Below are positions 26,256-38,728 of a DNA stretch of 64,000 nucleotides, piece after piece (position 1 is the first letter of the stretch; every line of letters starts with the position of its first letter). The notes under the pieces are model-generated. The model made no database searches, was not told where the DNA came from, and saw only the letters and a list, made by a program, of their open reading frames with translations. The position numbers and the translations under genes were made by a program. The DNA lies in contig NC_083437.1 in NCBI RefSeq assembly GCF_020745735.1, positions 9,734,001 to 9,798,000 on the forward strand, read 5' to 3'. The stretch comes from Hemiscyllium ocellatum (Eukaryota).

Positions 26256-26880
26256 TGTGACGGACCAGGCCAGACCCCTCAAAACATTTCAAGAGAGTAG
26301 CCCAGACCCTAACTTTGCTAGTTGTTTTAAGCAGGTATGAAGTGGATATTCCAGGAGCTGGTCAAACCACTTAGTTTCAAACAAAACAGAATTTATTTAG
26401 AAGATTACCAAATGAAACACAAACAGAAGAGAACGGAATACTGAATAACTTTACAGAGCTGAAAACCCAACAGATTATCCCAACTTAATGATGCTTTTCC
26501 CAATACTTGCAACAATCCCCAAAAATACCCTTTAGCACAAAAGAAAAAATCAAGCACAGGGACTTACAGAAGAGATGTCAGGGAAAGAATTGGCAACACC
26601 CTTTTCCACATAGCTGTTTCTTGGACCAGCAGCCTCAACCTTGCCTGACTGCCAAAACCAAATCAAACTAGGGAAAAGCTGAGCTGGGAGAACTGGCCAC
26701 TCCCCTTCTGTTGTACAAGTTTTTTTTTAACAACTTGAAAGCCATTTACCTAAGGCAGTATCTGTTAGCTATAATCAAATTGACCCTAAAATCCTTCAAA
26801 CCCAGTCTGTGTCTTTATAATTTCCTGGAAAAAAACCCCCAAAGGACAACATAACTTTGTTGAAGGAGAGCATCATCACA
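26256..26880 (-). mobile_element. Solo LTR (625 bp), Gypsy-like
   Basis: TGTGA...TCACA inverted termini and a perfect 4-bp TSD GTGT at 26252-26255 and 26881-26884. Related to 8424-9016. Confidence 0.85.
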
Positions 26881-27197
26881 GTGTGGCAAGATAGCATTGC
26901 CTTAATTCTAAAAGTCGCATTGCTTTAAAGGTCACAGTGAGTCCGCAATCTCCTCCTGTTCTCAGTACTCCTGAATAAGTCAAGTATTGACAGTTCACAT
27001 GCGTTTGATACCTGAACATCTTCAACCATGAAATATATACCAGTTTCCCATCACTCACCCATCTGCAGTTATTGACACTGAGAACGTATGTTGACATCCA
27101 AATGCTGCACCTTACCCTCACTAACCTATCAACGTTACCAGCTTCAAACCCATCTCCCGCTTCCCTCCTATCTCCAGCCACTTCAGTTACATCACAC

Positions 27198-27320
27198 AAA
27201 AATAAAACAAAAAACTGCAGATACCGAATATCTGAAACAAAAACAGAAATTGCTAGAGAAAGTCAGCAGATCTGGCAGGTCTTTGAAGAAGGGTCACTGG
27301 ACTTGAAATGCTAACTCTAT
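27198..27320. mobile_element. Degenerate PLE pLTR fragment with an inversion junction and a decayed hammerhead
   Basis: aactgcagatacc..tctgaaacaaaaacagaaattgct followed by tgaagaagggtcactggacttgaaatgcta. Confidence 0.6.
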
Positions 27321-27477
27321 GTTCTCAACATCGCACAGAAAACATTACACACTCATTGACATTCTGCTGTCCCTCTCTCTCTTTCTCTCTTGCATGACAG
27401 GTTGGCATACAATAGAAGAGCTGAAAATGTATTGCTGGAAAGGCGCAGCAGGTCAGGCAGCATCTAAGGACCAGGAG

Positions 27478-27513
27478 AATCGACGTTTCGGGCATGAGCC
27501 CTTCTTCAGGAAT
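27478..27513 (-). ncRNA. Minimal hammerhead ribozyme motif (intact core)
   Basis: Minus strand: AUUC-CUGAAGA-A-GGGC-UCAU-GCCC-GAAA-CG-UC-GAUU. Confidence 0.75.
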
Positions 27514-27685
27514 AAGGAGAGTGTGCCAAGCAGGCTAAGATAAAAGGTAGGGAGGAGGGACTTGGGGGAGGGGCATTGGGAATACGATAGGTGGAAGGAG
27601 GTATTCACCTATCCCATTTCTAACGCCCCTCTCCCAAGTCCCTCCTCCCTACCTTTTATCTTAGCCTGCTTGGCACACACTCCTT

Positions 27686-27721
27686 ATTCCTGAAGAAGGG
27701 CTCATGCCCGAAACGTTGACT
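27686..27721 (+). ncRNA. Minimal hammerhead ribozyme motif (intact core, GUU triplet)
   Basis: AUUC-CUGAAGA-A-GGGC-UCAU-GCCC-GAAA-CG-UU-GACU. Confidence 0.7.
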
Positions 27722-27864
27722 CTCCTGCTTCTTGGATGCTGCCTGACCTCCTGCGCCTTTCCAGTAACACATTTTCAGCTCTGATCTCCAGCATCTGCAG
27801 TCCTCACTTTCTCATACAATAGAAGAGAACAGGGTACAACTGGTGGAAGACAACAACATCAGCA

Positions 27865-28140
27865 TAAGACTAAAATACTTAGGAGAAGAAATAGGCCATT
27901 CAGCCCATTATGTCTTCCATTCAATGAGATAATGGCTGATTTGATAATCCCCAACCAATTTCCTTCCTGATTAAAAATGCCTACCTCAACCTTAAATATA
28001 CTTATTGACCCAGCATCAACCCATCTTTGGAATAGAGAACTCTACAGATTCACAGCCCTCTGAAAGAAGAAATTCCTCTTCATCTCTGTCTTAAATATGT
28101 GACTCCTTATTCTGATATTATGCCCCCTGGTTTGAGCATC
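27865..28140 (-). mobile_element. CR1 3' end fragment
   Basis: Minus ORF ..TRGHNIRIRSHIFKTEMKRNFFFQRAVNL plus CR1 3' UTR. Confidence 0.8.
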
Positions 28141-28614
28141 CCAAGAACCTAACAGAGGAGAGAGCTGTCTGCAATATGGAGCTAGCTGAATAAAGATTTT
28201 AGCATCCAACATTGCTGAGAGCATTGGGAAGTGATGGTATGTTCCAGTCTTGTGCCCTTTATAGCTATAGGCTCACCGTAATCCTACTAACTGATGCCTT
28301 GAGAAAGCTGCTGCTGATGTAATCATGAACCTTGTACTTCTCACCTCACTCTTTTTTTTACCCTCACAATAACCTTCCCCATCTTAGCTTGTGCTTTCAG
28401 ATGTCCAAGAATAGCTGTCTGTCCAGACCCAGTAGTGCCAGGAGGAATAAAGAAAGCAGCAGAACAGTGCTGATGAAATGGCCCCATGGTTTGATCTGAC
28501 ATTACTTCAGTTCTAGGCATGTGTGTTCTTTGGCAGTTTGATTAGAGATCAGGTCAGTATGTGGTGAGGGTGCAGCCAGGCTAGAGGTAAAGTCTAACTA
28601 CAAATTGGCAAACA

Positions 28615-28785
28615 AATGGTACTAATGTCTTTTAGGGAAGGAAACTGTTGCCCATAATGGGTCTGGCCTATATATGGTTGCAGACCCACATCAATGTGGT
28701 AGACCTGTAACTACCCTGTGGCAATTAGGGATGGGCAATAAATGCTGCTTGGCCAGCGATGCCCACAACCCATAAACAAATAAAT
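28615..28785 (+). mobile_element. 3' half of the tRNA-derived SINE seen full-length at 62761-63114
   Basis: actaatgtcttttagggaaggaaa ... ggcaattagggatgggcaataaatgctgcttggccagcgatgcccac. Confidence 0.75.
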
Positions 28786-29409
28786 TTTTTAAAAATGTGG
28801 CATAGAGCTTGCCCTCCCTACAGCCTGGGCTCCATATCCCTATCATCTTGCAAACCCAGTGGACTGCCTGTTGTAGCCTATGTTTGGACACTTTATCCAA
28901 AATTGAACCCATCCATGTGAGAATGTGACAACTGACAATTCTGGAGTTCAACTCTTCCAAAATAGCTCTGCTTAATATTTTGTTGAAGGAAAAAAAAGCT
29001 CTACATCCAATTAGAACACTGGTTTTGAAATAATACAAGTGAGAGAAAAAATGTGCAGCCTCAGGTTTTTCTTTTCTTGAATGCATAACTAATATAACAT
29101 CCTGCAAAGTCATTGTGAAAATTGCAAAACCCTCATTGGTGAACCACATTTTCACCCTTCAAATCTAGTAGCAGCAGTCAGTTAAATGGTGACAATCTTG
29201 TCAAATAATAATCACATTGCTTTCACTGAAGATTGAACGATCAAAATTAGCTTCTAAATTATATCGATGCCAGATCATGGCAAAGAAGCAAAGGAAAGTA
29301 TGGATCACAAGCCAAGGTAATGATGTCAGTCATTAGGAAAATCCATACATCCTATATTCTTTGAATGGTAAAAATTTTTCAGATAGACCTATTTCTTGTG
29401 TATTTCTAG

Positions 29410-29537
29410 GAACCTAGAGGCAGCACTGATCATATACCCTTTGATGCTGTAGAGTCCCAGGCCACTGAACAGCTGCAAGAATTGCCTTTCACACCAATGC
29501 AGGCACCGATCCTCACCTTGATGACTGAGTCTGAACG
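29410..29537 (+). CDS. NPHP4: NPHP4 exon (128 nt, phase 0->2): EPRGSTDHIPFDAVESQATEQLQELPFTPMQAPILTLMTESE(R)
   Basis: Acceptor ttgtgtatttctag| and donor |gtaaga. EQLQELPFTPxxAPI is a conserved NPHP4 motif. Not in the ORF track. Confidence 0.92.
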
Positions 29538-29646
29538 GTAAGAATCCAATTCATATTGGAGTCAGTCTGAATCTTTACAGTATTAAACTCTAGAGGAAGC
29601 TGTGTAACTTGAGAACTATTTCACTATGTTGTGGCTGGTATAGAGT

Positions 29647-29841
29647 CGTAGAATGTGGTGCTGGAAAAGCACAGCAAGTCAGGCAGTATCCAAGGAGCAG
29701 GAGAATCAAAGTTTCGGGAATCCCTGATGAAGGGCTTAAACTTGAAACGTTGATTCTCCTACTCTTTGGATGCTGCCTGACAGGTTGTGGTTTTCCAGCA
29801 CCACCCACTTGACTCCAGCATCTGCAGTCCTCACTTTCTCC
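29647..29841. mobile_element. Fold-back PLE mini-element (195 bp) with a hammerhead at the fold
   Basis: ~65-bp inverted arms and CUGAUGA..GAAACGUU at 29724-29751. 15-bp TSD TGGCTGGTATAGAGT at 29632-29646 and 29842-29856. Confidence 0.88.
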
Positions 29842-31734
29842 TGGCTGGTATAGAGTTTTTTTCAGCCACGAGGGTCTAATAGGTCTTCTGAAATGGACTC
29901 CTAGTCAGTGTTAGAGTTTATCCACCGTCAGCTAACGCTTGTAAATAAGAGCTGTGCTGATATTCATCGAGAAAATGAATGTTTTGAGATGTTAACAAGC
30001 AACACTTGGTTTCTTTCATGAGGGATGAGGAATAAACAAGAAGTGCTTGAGAAATATCCCTAATGGAAGTATTGATGGAGTGAGCTTTCTTGTATTCTTA
30101 CATTTGAGCAGTCTTTAAAGCCTTTTAGATTAAGGGTGGACATTTGGAAAAATGATGGTTAAGCCAGCTCCATCACTCTATTTATTTAGTAATTCTTGAT
30201 TCAAACGAAAACTGGCTCTCAGTTACTAAAGTCAGTCAAACAAATGTCTGAAAAATAGATTTTGGTTTCATGTTAATGACTGCAGAAGATGTGCAGTACC
30301 TTGTTCAGCTGTACAGATATTGGATGGATATTGTTTGCTAAAATGATGAGTTACCTAAGACCATTTTTAAGTCAGACTTAATGCGGAGATAGGTATATTG
30401 TTGTAATAGTTCACTTTGTTTGGAAGATGAAATAAAATAAGCCAAGTGCTTTAAATCATTTTCTGTCCAGCTCTCTTGAGGAAGGGGAGAGAAGATTCAT
30501 AAAACATTAACAATAGTTTTCCAGAAACCCACAAATCTTCAGTTGCTTTTAAAAATGTTATATCTTCATTGATACTTCCTTAATTGACACAATGGTGTCA
30601 CAAACCAAAACCAATCAATATCTTTAAATGTTTTGCTGTATACTTCCTGGCTTTGCAGTTTGGTAAAATTAATTCAAATCAATCTCATCTGACCCAAAAG
30701 TTGTAGTTCATTGTAAACAACTCACAGGGGAAATAATCAGTTCCTGCACTTAAATGTTTTGTTCAAATTTCGTAGATTTTCATTCTTTCTGAGATCCATT
30801 ATGTAAAAACAATGTACTGTCAGTGTCTCTTAGCAAGCTCCTTGCAACCGAATTATTGTGTAATGCAAGTGAGTACTGTACTCGCCTCTGCATTCATTGC
30901 AAAGATGGAATTAAGATTACCAAAGTATTAGGTGCACCTACAATGCTGAAACTTGTCAGTTGGAAATAGCTGGAGGTAAAGCTGCAAAAGTTTGTGTCAC
31001 TTTTTTAATGGAATATTTTTGAGGATGTTAATTTTAACAAATCACTTCTTCTAAAATGGTGAAGCTAAGAATTTTGAGGTCATCTTTTCAGATACTATTA
31101 ACAGGCATATAAAATGAGCGATCTTAAAGTTTCTCTTGAATGTGAAAGTGAATGACCTAGCAGCAGTGTACTTGCATTAGAGAATCTCAGCTAATTAGGA
31201 TGCTGAAATGTCAGTTCATGCTTTAATTAGCCTGGGATTTAACACTGAATCTGATGGATGCTCCGTGATAGCTAAATACAGCATTCATTCTTCATGAAGA
31301 GACAGCAATAGATTTTTTTTCTATTCATTCTGCATAAGAGAGGAGTAGGATACTTTCTTGTTCAGTGCAGAAGTCAGACTGATTGGTTACTCATTGAAAT
31401 TTTAGACAGATTATGTGATCTCACTCATTACTGTAAAATCTTATTATTCCATTGTTCAATCTCACATGGCCATATATGAAAAGCAAAGCCTAAAATATCT
31501 ATTTCCCACTTAATTGCCTTTGCCATTTGCTCGGAAATATGTTGTCTTGTGCCTTTGGGTTGGGTGTGCACAGTGCACTGTACCATCTACCTGTCATATC
31601 CTGGAAGTGAGTGGGCTACGTGCTGTGACTAGGCTTGTCCCTGGGGTTGCCTCCGGGCATCAACAGTGTTGATGAGATTGTGCTGTGGCATTTTCATCCT
31701 CCTATCTGTCAGAATGATTCCATTTGAGGTAGTT

Positions 31735-32532
31735 AGCGAGTTTGGAAAAGATTTGTAGCTCAGGTTGAAGTTCTGGATTTAAGTTTGCTCGCTGAGCTAG
31801 AAGGTTTATTTTCAGATGTTTTGTCATCATACAAGGTAACATCACCAGTGAACCTGTGGTGGAGCACTGGTGTTGTGACCCGCTTTCTATTTATGTTTTT
31901 AGGTTTCCTTGGGTTGGTGGTGCCATTTCCTGTTCTCTTTCTCAGAGGGTGGTAAATGGGGTCCAAGTCGATCTATCAACAAACACATCGACTTGGACCC
32001 CATTTACTATCCTCTGAGAAAAATAGCAGGCAATGGTATCACCACAGGAAATGACATCATCAACTCAAGGAAACTTGAACACACAAATAGTGGGCGGCAC
32101 AGTGGCACAGTGATTAGCACTGCTGCCTCACAGCGCCTGAGACCCGGGTTCAATTCCCGACTCAGGCGACTGTCTGTGTGGAGTTTGCACGTTCTCCCCA
32201 TGTCTGCGTGGGTTTCCTCTGGGTGCTCCGGTTTTCTCCCACAGTCACAAAGATGTGCGGGTCAGGTGAATTGGCCATGCTAAATTGCCTCTAGTGTTAG
32301 GTAAAGGGGTAAATGTAGGGGTATGGGTGGGTTGCGCTTCGGCGGGTCGGTGTGGACTTGTTGGGCCGAAGGGCCTGTTTCCACACTGTAAGTAATCTAA
32401 TCTAATCTAATCTAAAAATAGAAAGCAGGTCATAGCACCAGTGTTTCACTGGAGGTTCACTGATGGTGATGTAGTATGGTGACAAAACGTCTGAAAATGA
32501 ACCTTCCAGCTCAACAAACAAACCTACATCCA
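31735..32532. mobile_element. Fold-back PLE-derived element of a different family (~200-bp arms), interrupted by HE1
   Basis: Centre gtccaagtcgat-14 nt-atcgacttggac. 13-bp TSD ATTTGAGGTAGTT at 31722-31734 and 32533-32545. Each arm has a decayed hammerhead. Confidence 0.85.
32091..32415 (+). mobile_element. HE1-type V-SINE, young full-length copy
   Basis: tRNA head, V-domain and (TAATC)n tail. 6-bp TSD AAATAG at 32085-32090 and 32416-32421. Confidence 0.93.
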
Positions 32533-33672
32533 ATTTGAGGTAGTTTCTGTGTTAAGGCTCTCCACATTATGTCCATCTAGCCTAACTGGGGCATTGATCT
32601 GAAAATCAATGAACCATATTTGAGAAGGAAGATTGTCTGCTATGGTACTGGCCAGTTGAAAAAGGCCAATTGTTGGTTGAGTAATTGTTATTTGATTGAA
32701 GTAAGACACAACATGAATAGTAATGCCTATGTTTATTCTTTTAATAGAATTTTGCAGGATTATGAACCAAACACAATTTTTGGGATTTGCTTCTTAAAAA
32801 TAACCGCAATTTAAACCTTTGGGGTGCTGTGGGAACAAAAGCATTGCTGACTTTGGAAGAAAGAAAGTGGTGATTTCATCAAGGAGAGAAGTGTATTATG
32901 TTCAGTAGAATGAATTCTGAAGGTATTAAGAGGAAATGTGTATTTGCTTTTTCTAGATACCATGTCAGGAGTGACTAAACCCATCATTAGGCAGGCTCCT
33001 ATCTACAAAATACATGGAACAAATGAATAAAAAAGCATTTTGTGGCCATCAATGCCTTCATCTGCTGAATGAATGCCAGAGAAATAGCTTTCCAATCTGG
33101 GACATCAGGGGATAATTTTAGTTTGTATGTTCTTGGTAATGTAATTGGCAGGTTTTGGGTCCAAGCTCCATTTCATAACTTGACCACATAAACACAGACT
33201 GACAATTTGCCGCAGTGCTGAGGAAGTGCTGACACACAGGTGAAATATGAAGCCAAGGGTTCACCTTCCTGTCCCAGTGCATGTTAAAAAAAAAATCAGA
33301 TTGCCAAAGCTCTGTTGATAGGTAACAATTATCCCTCAACTTAACTCATCAAATAGAAGCAGCTTACATGTCTAATTGCCAAATATCAGCAATCAAGCAA
33401 CCAGCGTATAAAAATGCTAAACACATTCTAGCATGCTTTTAGAAAAAATGCAGCAAGTAGGCTGCGGAACTGCTACATTGAGCTGAGAGTTCTGATCTGT
33501 GTTTTTACAATGTGCTGAATATTGTGTACAGCCCACCACCACAACCTTACCTGCTGTCCTCACAACTGATGGAAATGATCAACATCTGTTATTGAAGGGC
33601 ATCTTGTCATGCATTTCAACAGAGACTCCCACACTTGAGAAGACTCTCGATTTCCAATTGAGCAATTGCTTC

Positions 33673-33696
33673 AGAGAGAGAGAGAGAGAGAGAGAG
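33673..33696. repeat. (AG)12 microsatellite
   Basis: Direct read. Confidence 0.95.
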
Positions 33697-33727
33697 AAAA
33701 CCTATCTCTCCCCTCGTTACGTAGATG

Positions 33728-36665
33728 CATAAGAAATAGAACAGGAGGCAGTCATTCAGCCCATCAAGTTGCTCCCCCATTCAACACGACCAGGATTAAT
33801 CTCGACTTCAGTGCTATTTTCCCACAATATCCTTGCAGCCCTTGATGTCTGAAGTATCTAAAAATCCATCAAACTCCGTGTTGAACATATTCTTTGATAG
33901 AGGTGCTACTGTACTCTGGGGTAAGGAATTCTAAAGATTCAGCAGCCTCTGAGTGAAGAAATTTCTCCTCATCTCATCCACCTCTTATTATAATTCTGCA
34001 TTCCCTTAGTCTAAATTCCACAGCCAAGGAAATGTCCTTCTTGCATCTACCCTATTGAGGCATAAGAACATAAGAAATAGGATTAGGAATAGGCCTTTCA
34101 GCCCCTCAGGTCTGCCCCACCATTCTGTAATGTAATACCAATCTGCCCAGGCCTCAATTAATCTTTCATGCCAGATTCTTATACTGTGCAATTCCTCGAT
34201 ATTTCAAAGATCTATCTATCTCCTCCTTAAATACTTAAGTGATCTACTCTCCAAGGTTCTCTGGGTGGAGAATTCCAGACATTCAATACACATTGAGAAG
34301 AAACTCCTTCACAGCTCAGTTTTAAATGAACCTCCCCTTATTATGTAACTATATTCCCTAGTTCGGATGCCCGCAGTAGTGGCAACATTTTCCCAACATC
34401 TACCCCATTAGAATCTTGTGCCTCAGTACAATAACCTCTTTTTCTTCTGATATCTAATGAATAAAGGGCCAACCTGTTTAGCAATAAGTCATCCCCATCA
34501 TCCCAAGAATCAACCTTGTGGTTTTTTTTTGAGCTGTGTCTTATGCTAAAGATATTCTTTCTTAAATATAGGAACCAAAACTGTATGCAGTATTCCAACC
34601 ATGGCCTCACCAATACCTTGTGCAGCTGTAACAAGACTTCCCAATTTTAAACTCTAACCTCCAAAAATCTATTTGCCTTCCTGATTAATGCTGCATCTGT
34701 GTGCTAACCTTTTGTGTTTCATGCACAAGAATACCCAGATCCCCCTGTGTTGTGCTTTTTTGGAGTCTCTTTCCATTTCAATAATAGATTGCCTTTTGCT
34801 TCTTTCTACCAAAGTGCATGACATCTCATCGAACTTTCCTCCATTAAATACCATCTGTCAAGTTTTCACTCACTCATTCACCCTATCTGTATCCCCCTGA
34901 AGATTCCTGATGTCCTCATCACAATGTGCCTTGCCACCTATTTGTGTATCATCAGCAAATGTGGAGATGTCTCATACTCTTTCCCTCCTCCAGATCACTT
35001 ATATAAGTAGTAAATAATTGAGGGTACAGGACTGATCCTGAAAGCACTCCATAATTATGTCTTTCTAACCTGACGAAGACCATCTGTTGCTTGTGTGTTA
35101 ACCAATCCTTTATCCACACTAATACATAGCCACTACTACTGTGAGCTCCTATCTTGTGCAATAACTTTTTTTATGTGGCATCTCATTAAATATCATCTGG
35201 AAATCAAAATATACCCCATGTTCCACTTTATCAATTCTGCTTATTATATTCTCAAAGAACTCTAACAGATTTTCAAACATGATTTCCCTCTTACAAAGCC
35301 ATGGTGACTCTCCATGATTGCATTAAGCTTTTCTACACTTCCTGCTACTTTTTTCTTACCAATGAACTCTAGCATTTTCCCAACACAGGATTTTAGGCTA
35401 ACTGGCCTGTAGTTTTCCTGCTTTCTGACTCCCTTTCTTTTTGAACAGGGAATCAGGTTGCACGTTTTCCAGTCTGTTAGAACCCTCCCAGGATCCACTG
35501 TGTTCTGCAAAAATACTTCCACTGTCTCTGCTGCCACTTCCCTTAAAACCTTTGAATGCAGACCATCAGGACCTGGTGTGAGTCAAAAAGTGTGGTGCTG
35601 GAAAAGCACAGCCGGCCAAGCAGCATCCAAGGAGCTGGAGAGTTTCGGGCTTAAGCTTTTCACCAGGTCCTGATGACATGTCTACCTTCAGTCTGGTTAG
35701 TTTGTCAAATATTTTGTCCACTGCTTGTAAAAATAAGTTGATTTATTTTACTTTAAATCTAGGTGATGGAATAAAGACTTTTTCACGCAATGAATAGTTC
35801 GGCGATGTAATGCATCAGCTGGAAATGTGGTGGATGCGAGTTCAATTGGGGTGTTCAAGAGGGCATTGGTTGATTATTCAGATAAAAATGCTATGTATGG
35901 ATATGGCCAAAGGCAGGAGATTGACACTAGGGAATAGAACTGGTGCATGATGGAAGGAAAGACCGCCTTCTGTTCTGCAGCAAGTCTGTGACAGAAATTG
36001 ATAGCTACTTTTATAAGACCTTTTGTCCCTTTAGTACCTTACTTATCTGATATCTTTGGAATGTTTGCAGTGTTCTTCACTGTGAAGATTGAAGCAAAAT
36101 ATTGGTTTGAATTTTCTGCAATTTCCCCATTATTAGTTCCCTATTTGCATCCTCCAAGGATTCAATTCTCACACTCATGAGCTCCTTGTTTTTATGTTTC
36201 TTGCAAATTTACTTCCACAATGAATTTTCCTCCTTTTTATTGCTTTTTAGTAATTTGATGCTGATTCCTAACAATGTTTCTAATCCTATTAGTTCTCTCT
36301 GACTTGTATTCTTAGTTTTGATTGAATATTCACCTTTGTTAACCACAGGTCGTTCATCCTTTTCATTGAGTTATTTTTTCAACCGAATAAATGTTTGGTA
36401 AGTGAGATGGAATGTTTGTTTAAATGTCTGCCAGTGCTCATCTACTGACACTTCCCGCAGTCTGTTTTCCCAACCCACTTTAGTCAATTTGTTCTTGTAA
36501 CTACCCTGGTTTGAGCTCCAAATTGCTCTCCTTTGAACAAAATTTGAAATTCTGCTGCTCACCGGAGGTTGCTAAATTACGAGATCTCTTATTAATCCTA
36601 CCTCAGTACAATGAGTCAATTTTAAAAAAGCCTGGTCCTGTGTTGCTGCAATAAGTAATCCCTGA
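33728..36665 (-). mobile_element. Cluster of nested decayed CR1 LINEs (3' ends near 33728 and 34060), with a PLE fragment at ~35580-35670 and a + strand CR1 3' end at ~35760-35995
   Basis: Minus ORFs with NYRPVSL, HHGFVRGKSCL and LVRPWLEYCIQFW. (cataagaa)n tails. Confidence 0.85.
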
Positions 36666-38728
36666 TGTTTAAGGGAGGGATGGTTCATTTCCTGTTTATA
36701 AAGCATCAGATCACTTTGTGAAAGCAAGCAAACAAGACGTTCAAGACAGATAAGAGACTCTCCATGACTTTAATTGCTTTACAAACATGGTTTAGAAGAG
36801 ATGGGGGCATATGTGCTGAAAGTTCTCCAGCAACAGCCTCAAGACTGTATTTTCTGGTCCACACATTGTTGTGTCAGTTGAAGGGACAATTTTCCTCTCC
36901 TGAGGAAGAAGAAACCTTATAGCAGGACAGGTTGCACCAGTTTTTTCTCAGTAAAGTATCTTCTGTGAACCAGAACATTCCAGAAATCAGTACCTTGAAC
37001 TTTGTCACAAACTCTGAAAGCTGAACTGGTTATTCCGTTAGACCAAGTCTAACTGACTCTCATCTAAATTGAAGCCTCATTTGAAGATCTGATCAATTCA
37101 ACAACAATTAGCATTGTGATCTCTACAATGGGAAATTGACTAGCCTGTGCAAAGTCTTCCCATTTTTTACTCTGATTTCAGGCCCCTGAGCCATCAAAGC
37201 CTTTCTGCCATTTGCCTCTTTTGAAAACCTGTGTCATCCTTGCAGTATGTATTGTCTTGTCTGTTGTATGAATGTGTGTTTGGGATTAAAGTGATATAGT
37301 TTAATTCTGAATAGTATCTTAATTGTGAAATAGTAAGAACAAATTACTCAACCATTAGAATTACAACACCAGATTTACAATACATTTTGGAATGTTCTGA
37401 AAGACAAGTAACCTTTGATATAAATGTCTTTCTGATTGCTGTATTGCTGCCATTTGTACTGCCTCTGTGAGCATTTGTCCAAAATTATGCACATTGTAAA
37501 AATTCATATGATATTTTGTGGGATTCTTGACAGTGACTGTCTCCAAATAAGGAGTGGTGGTTCTCAGTACATAGCTTAGCAAGAATCTTCCATTGCAGAG
37601 CCGGACTAACTTATTGATCAATTTAGGATAGCTGACAGTCTTATCGAAAAATCCCCCATTCATCTCAAAGTGCTGACAAATTGTCAGCAATGCCTTTGAG
37701 ATAATCAATCACAGCTCAACCAAGTGAGCTAGTATCCTTGAATCACCAATATTGCCAGCATAATTATTTGATGTTGTAATCTTTTAATAGACTTTTCTAT
37801 TGCCTGCTATCTGTACACTGGGAGAGTGAAGGCTGTGAGATGCAGATACTCTCGACCAGCTAGTCACTTCTCCTTTAGCTGGCAGATTGTAATCTATTAA
37901 ATGTATGGTCTAGGTACTTGCTGTTGCCTTGAACAGATGTATGCACTGTTAAAGCTATGCATTTTATGAACTTGCAGGTAACTATTAGTTTCAGCTTATG
38001 TTTGCTGTCATGTTGTTCGGGTTTTGCTTTCACATGCAGACGGAATGGAAGTGCACTAGTGAAGCATAGACTTAATTAAAAGGTTCAGTAATTTTAAATA
38101 TTTTCCCTCAGTTGCATCTTAAACCACTGTTGCAGAAGATGCTAAAATCATCCAAGTTGACCATGTGGAATATTTAAACCCTGGAAAACCTATTGGACGA
38201 ATTTGAAAACCAAAACCTCTATCACTGCTTGTTTCTTGCAGAGTCAGTGCATTTACAGTTTAGGATGTGCACTGCATGGTTATATTATGCAACTTGATTA
38301 CAGTCAAATCACCAGTGAAGATGTACATGATTTGGTTTCAGTATGTTACATCTTCTCTTTCTATTTTACACCTTGTGTATTCTACAGCTTATAAGCATCT
38401 AAAACTTGAGTCAAAACTTGACTTAATTGCTAAATGAAGCCGACTGAATGTAAAAAGTATTGTTTAAAGGACTGTAGATTTGACACTTGAGTGTTTCGAC
38501 AGTTCTTTAACCCTTCAGAAAGCTTTGACAATGCTTGGACTCCAGCCAAAGTATTTGCTGTCAATCAAATGAACATGTACATTTAAATATCCAAAATAAG
38601 AAAGAAGAAAATAAGAATTCACTTCCCACCCATCTGCTATTTGTCCTGATTCTTTTCAACTTCTCTATTTTGGTCCCTTCACGAAAATGAGCAAAAAGTG
38701 ATTAAAATATTGTCATTTTGAGCATCAA

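Larger units (their letters stand above)
27421..27812. mobile_element. Fold-back PLE element made only of two inverted pLTRs (~180-bp arms)
   Basis: 27417-27593 is the reverse complement of 27606-27782. TSD CATACAATAGAAGAG at 27406-27420 and 27813-27827. Confidence 0.92.

Noticed and set aside
8424-26880. One 18-kb LTR retrotransposon bounded by the two LTRs
   Set aside because: Each LTR has its own TSD, the two are strongly diverged, and no gag-pol lies between them.
27421-27812. DNA-transposon MITE or transcription terminator
   Set aside because: The arms match the pLTR of the GIY-YIG-encoding elements at 45603 and 56573, the ends are asymmetric, and the TSD is long.
32091-32165. tRNA genes at SINE heads
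   Set aside because: The tRNA-like A/B boxes run straight into the V-domain and LINE-like tail, so these are SINEs, not tRNAs.
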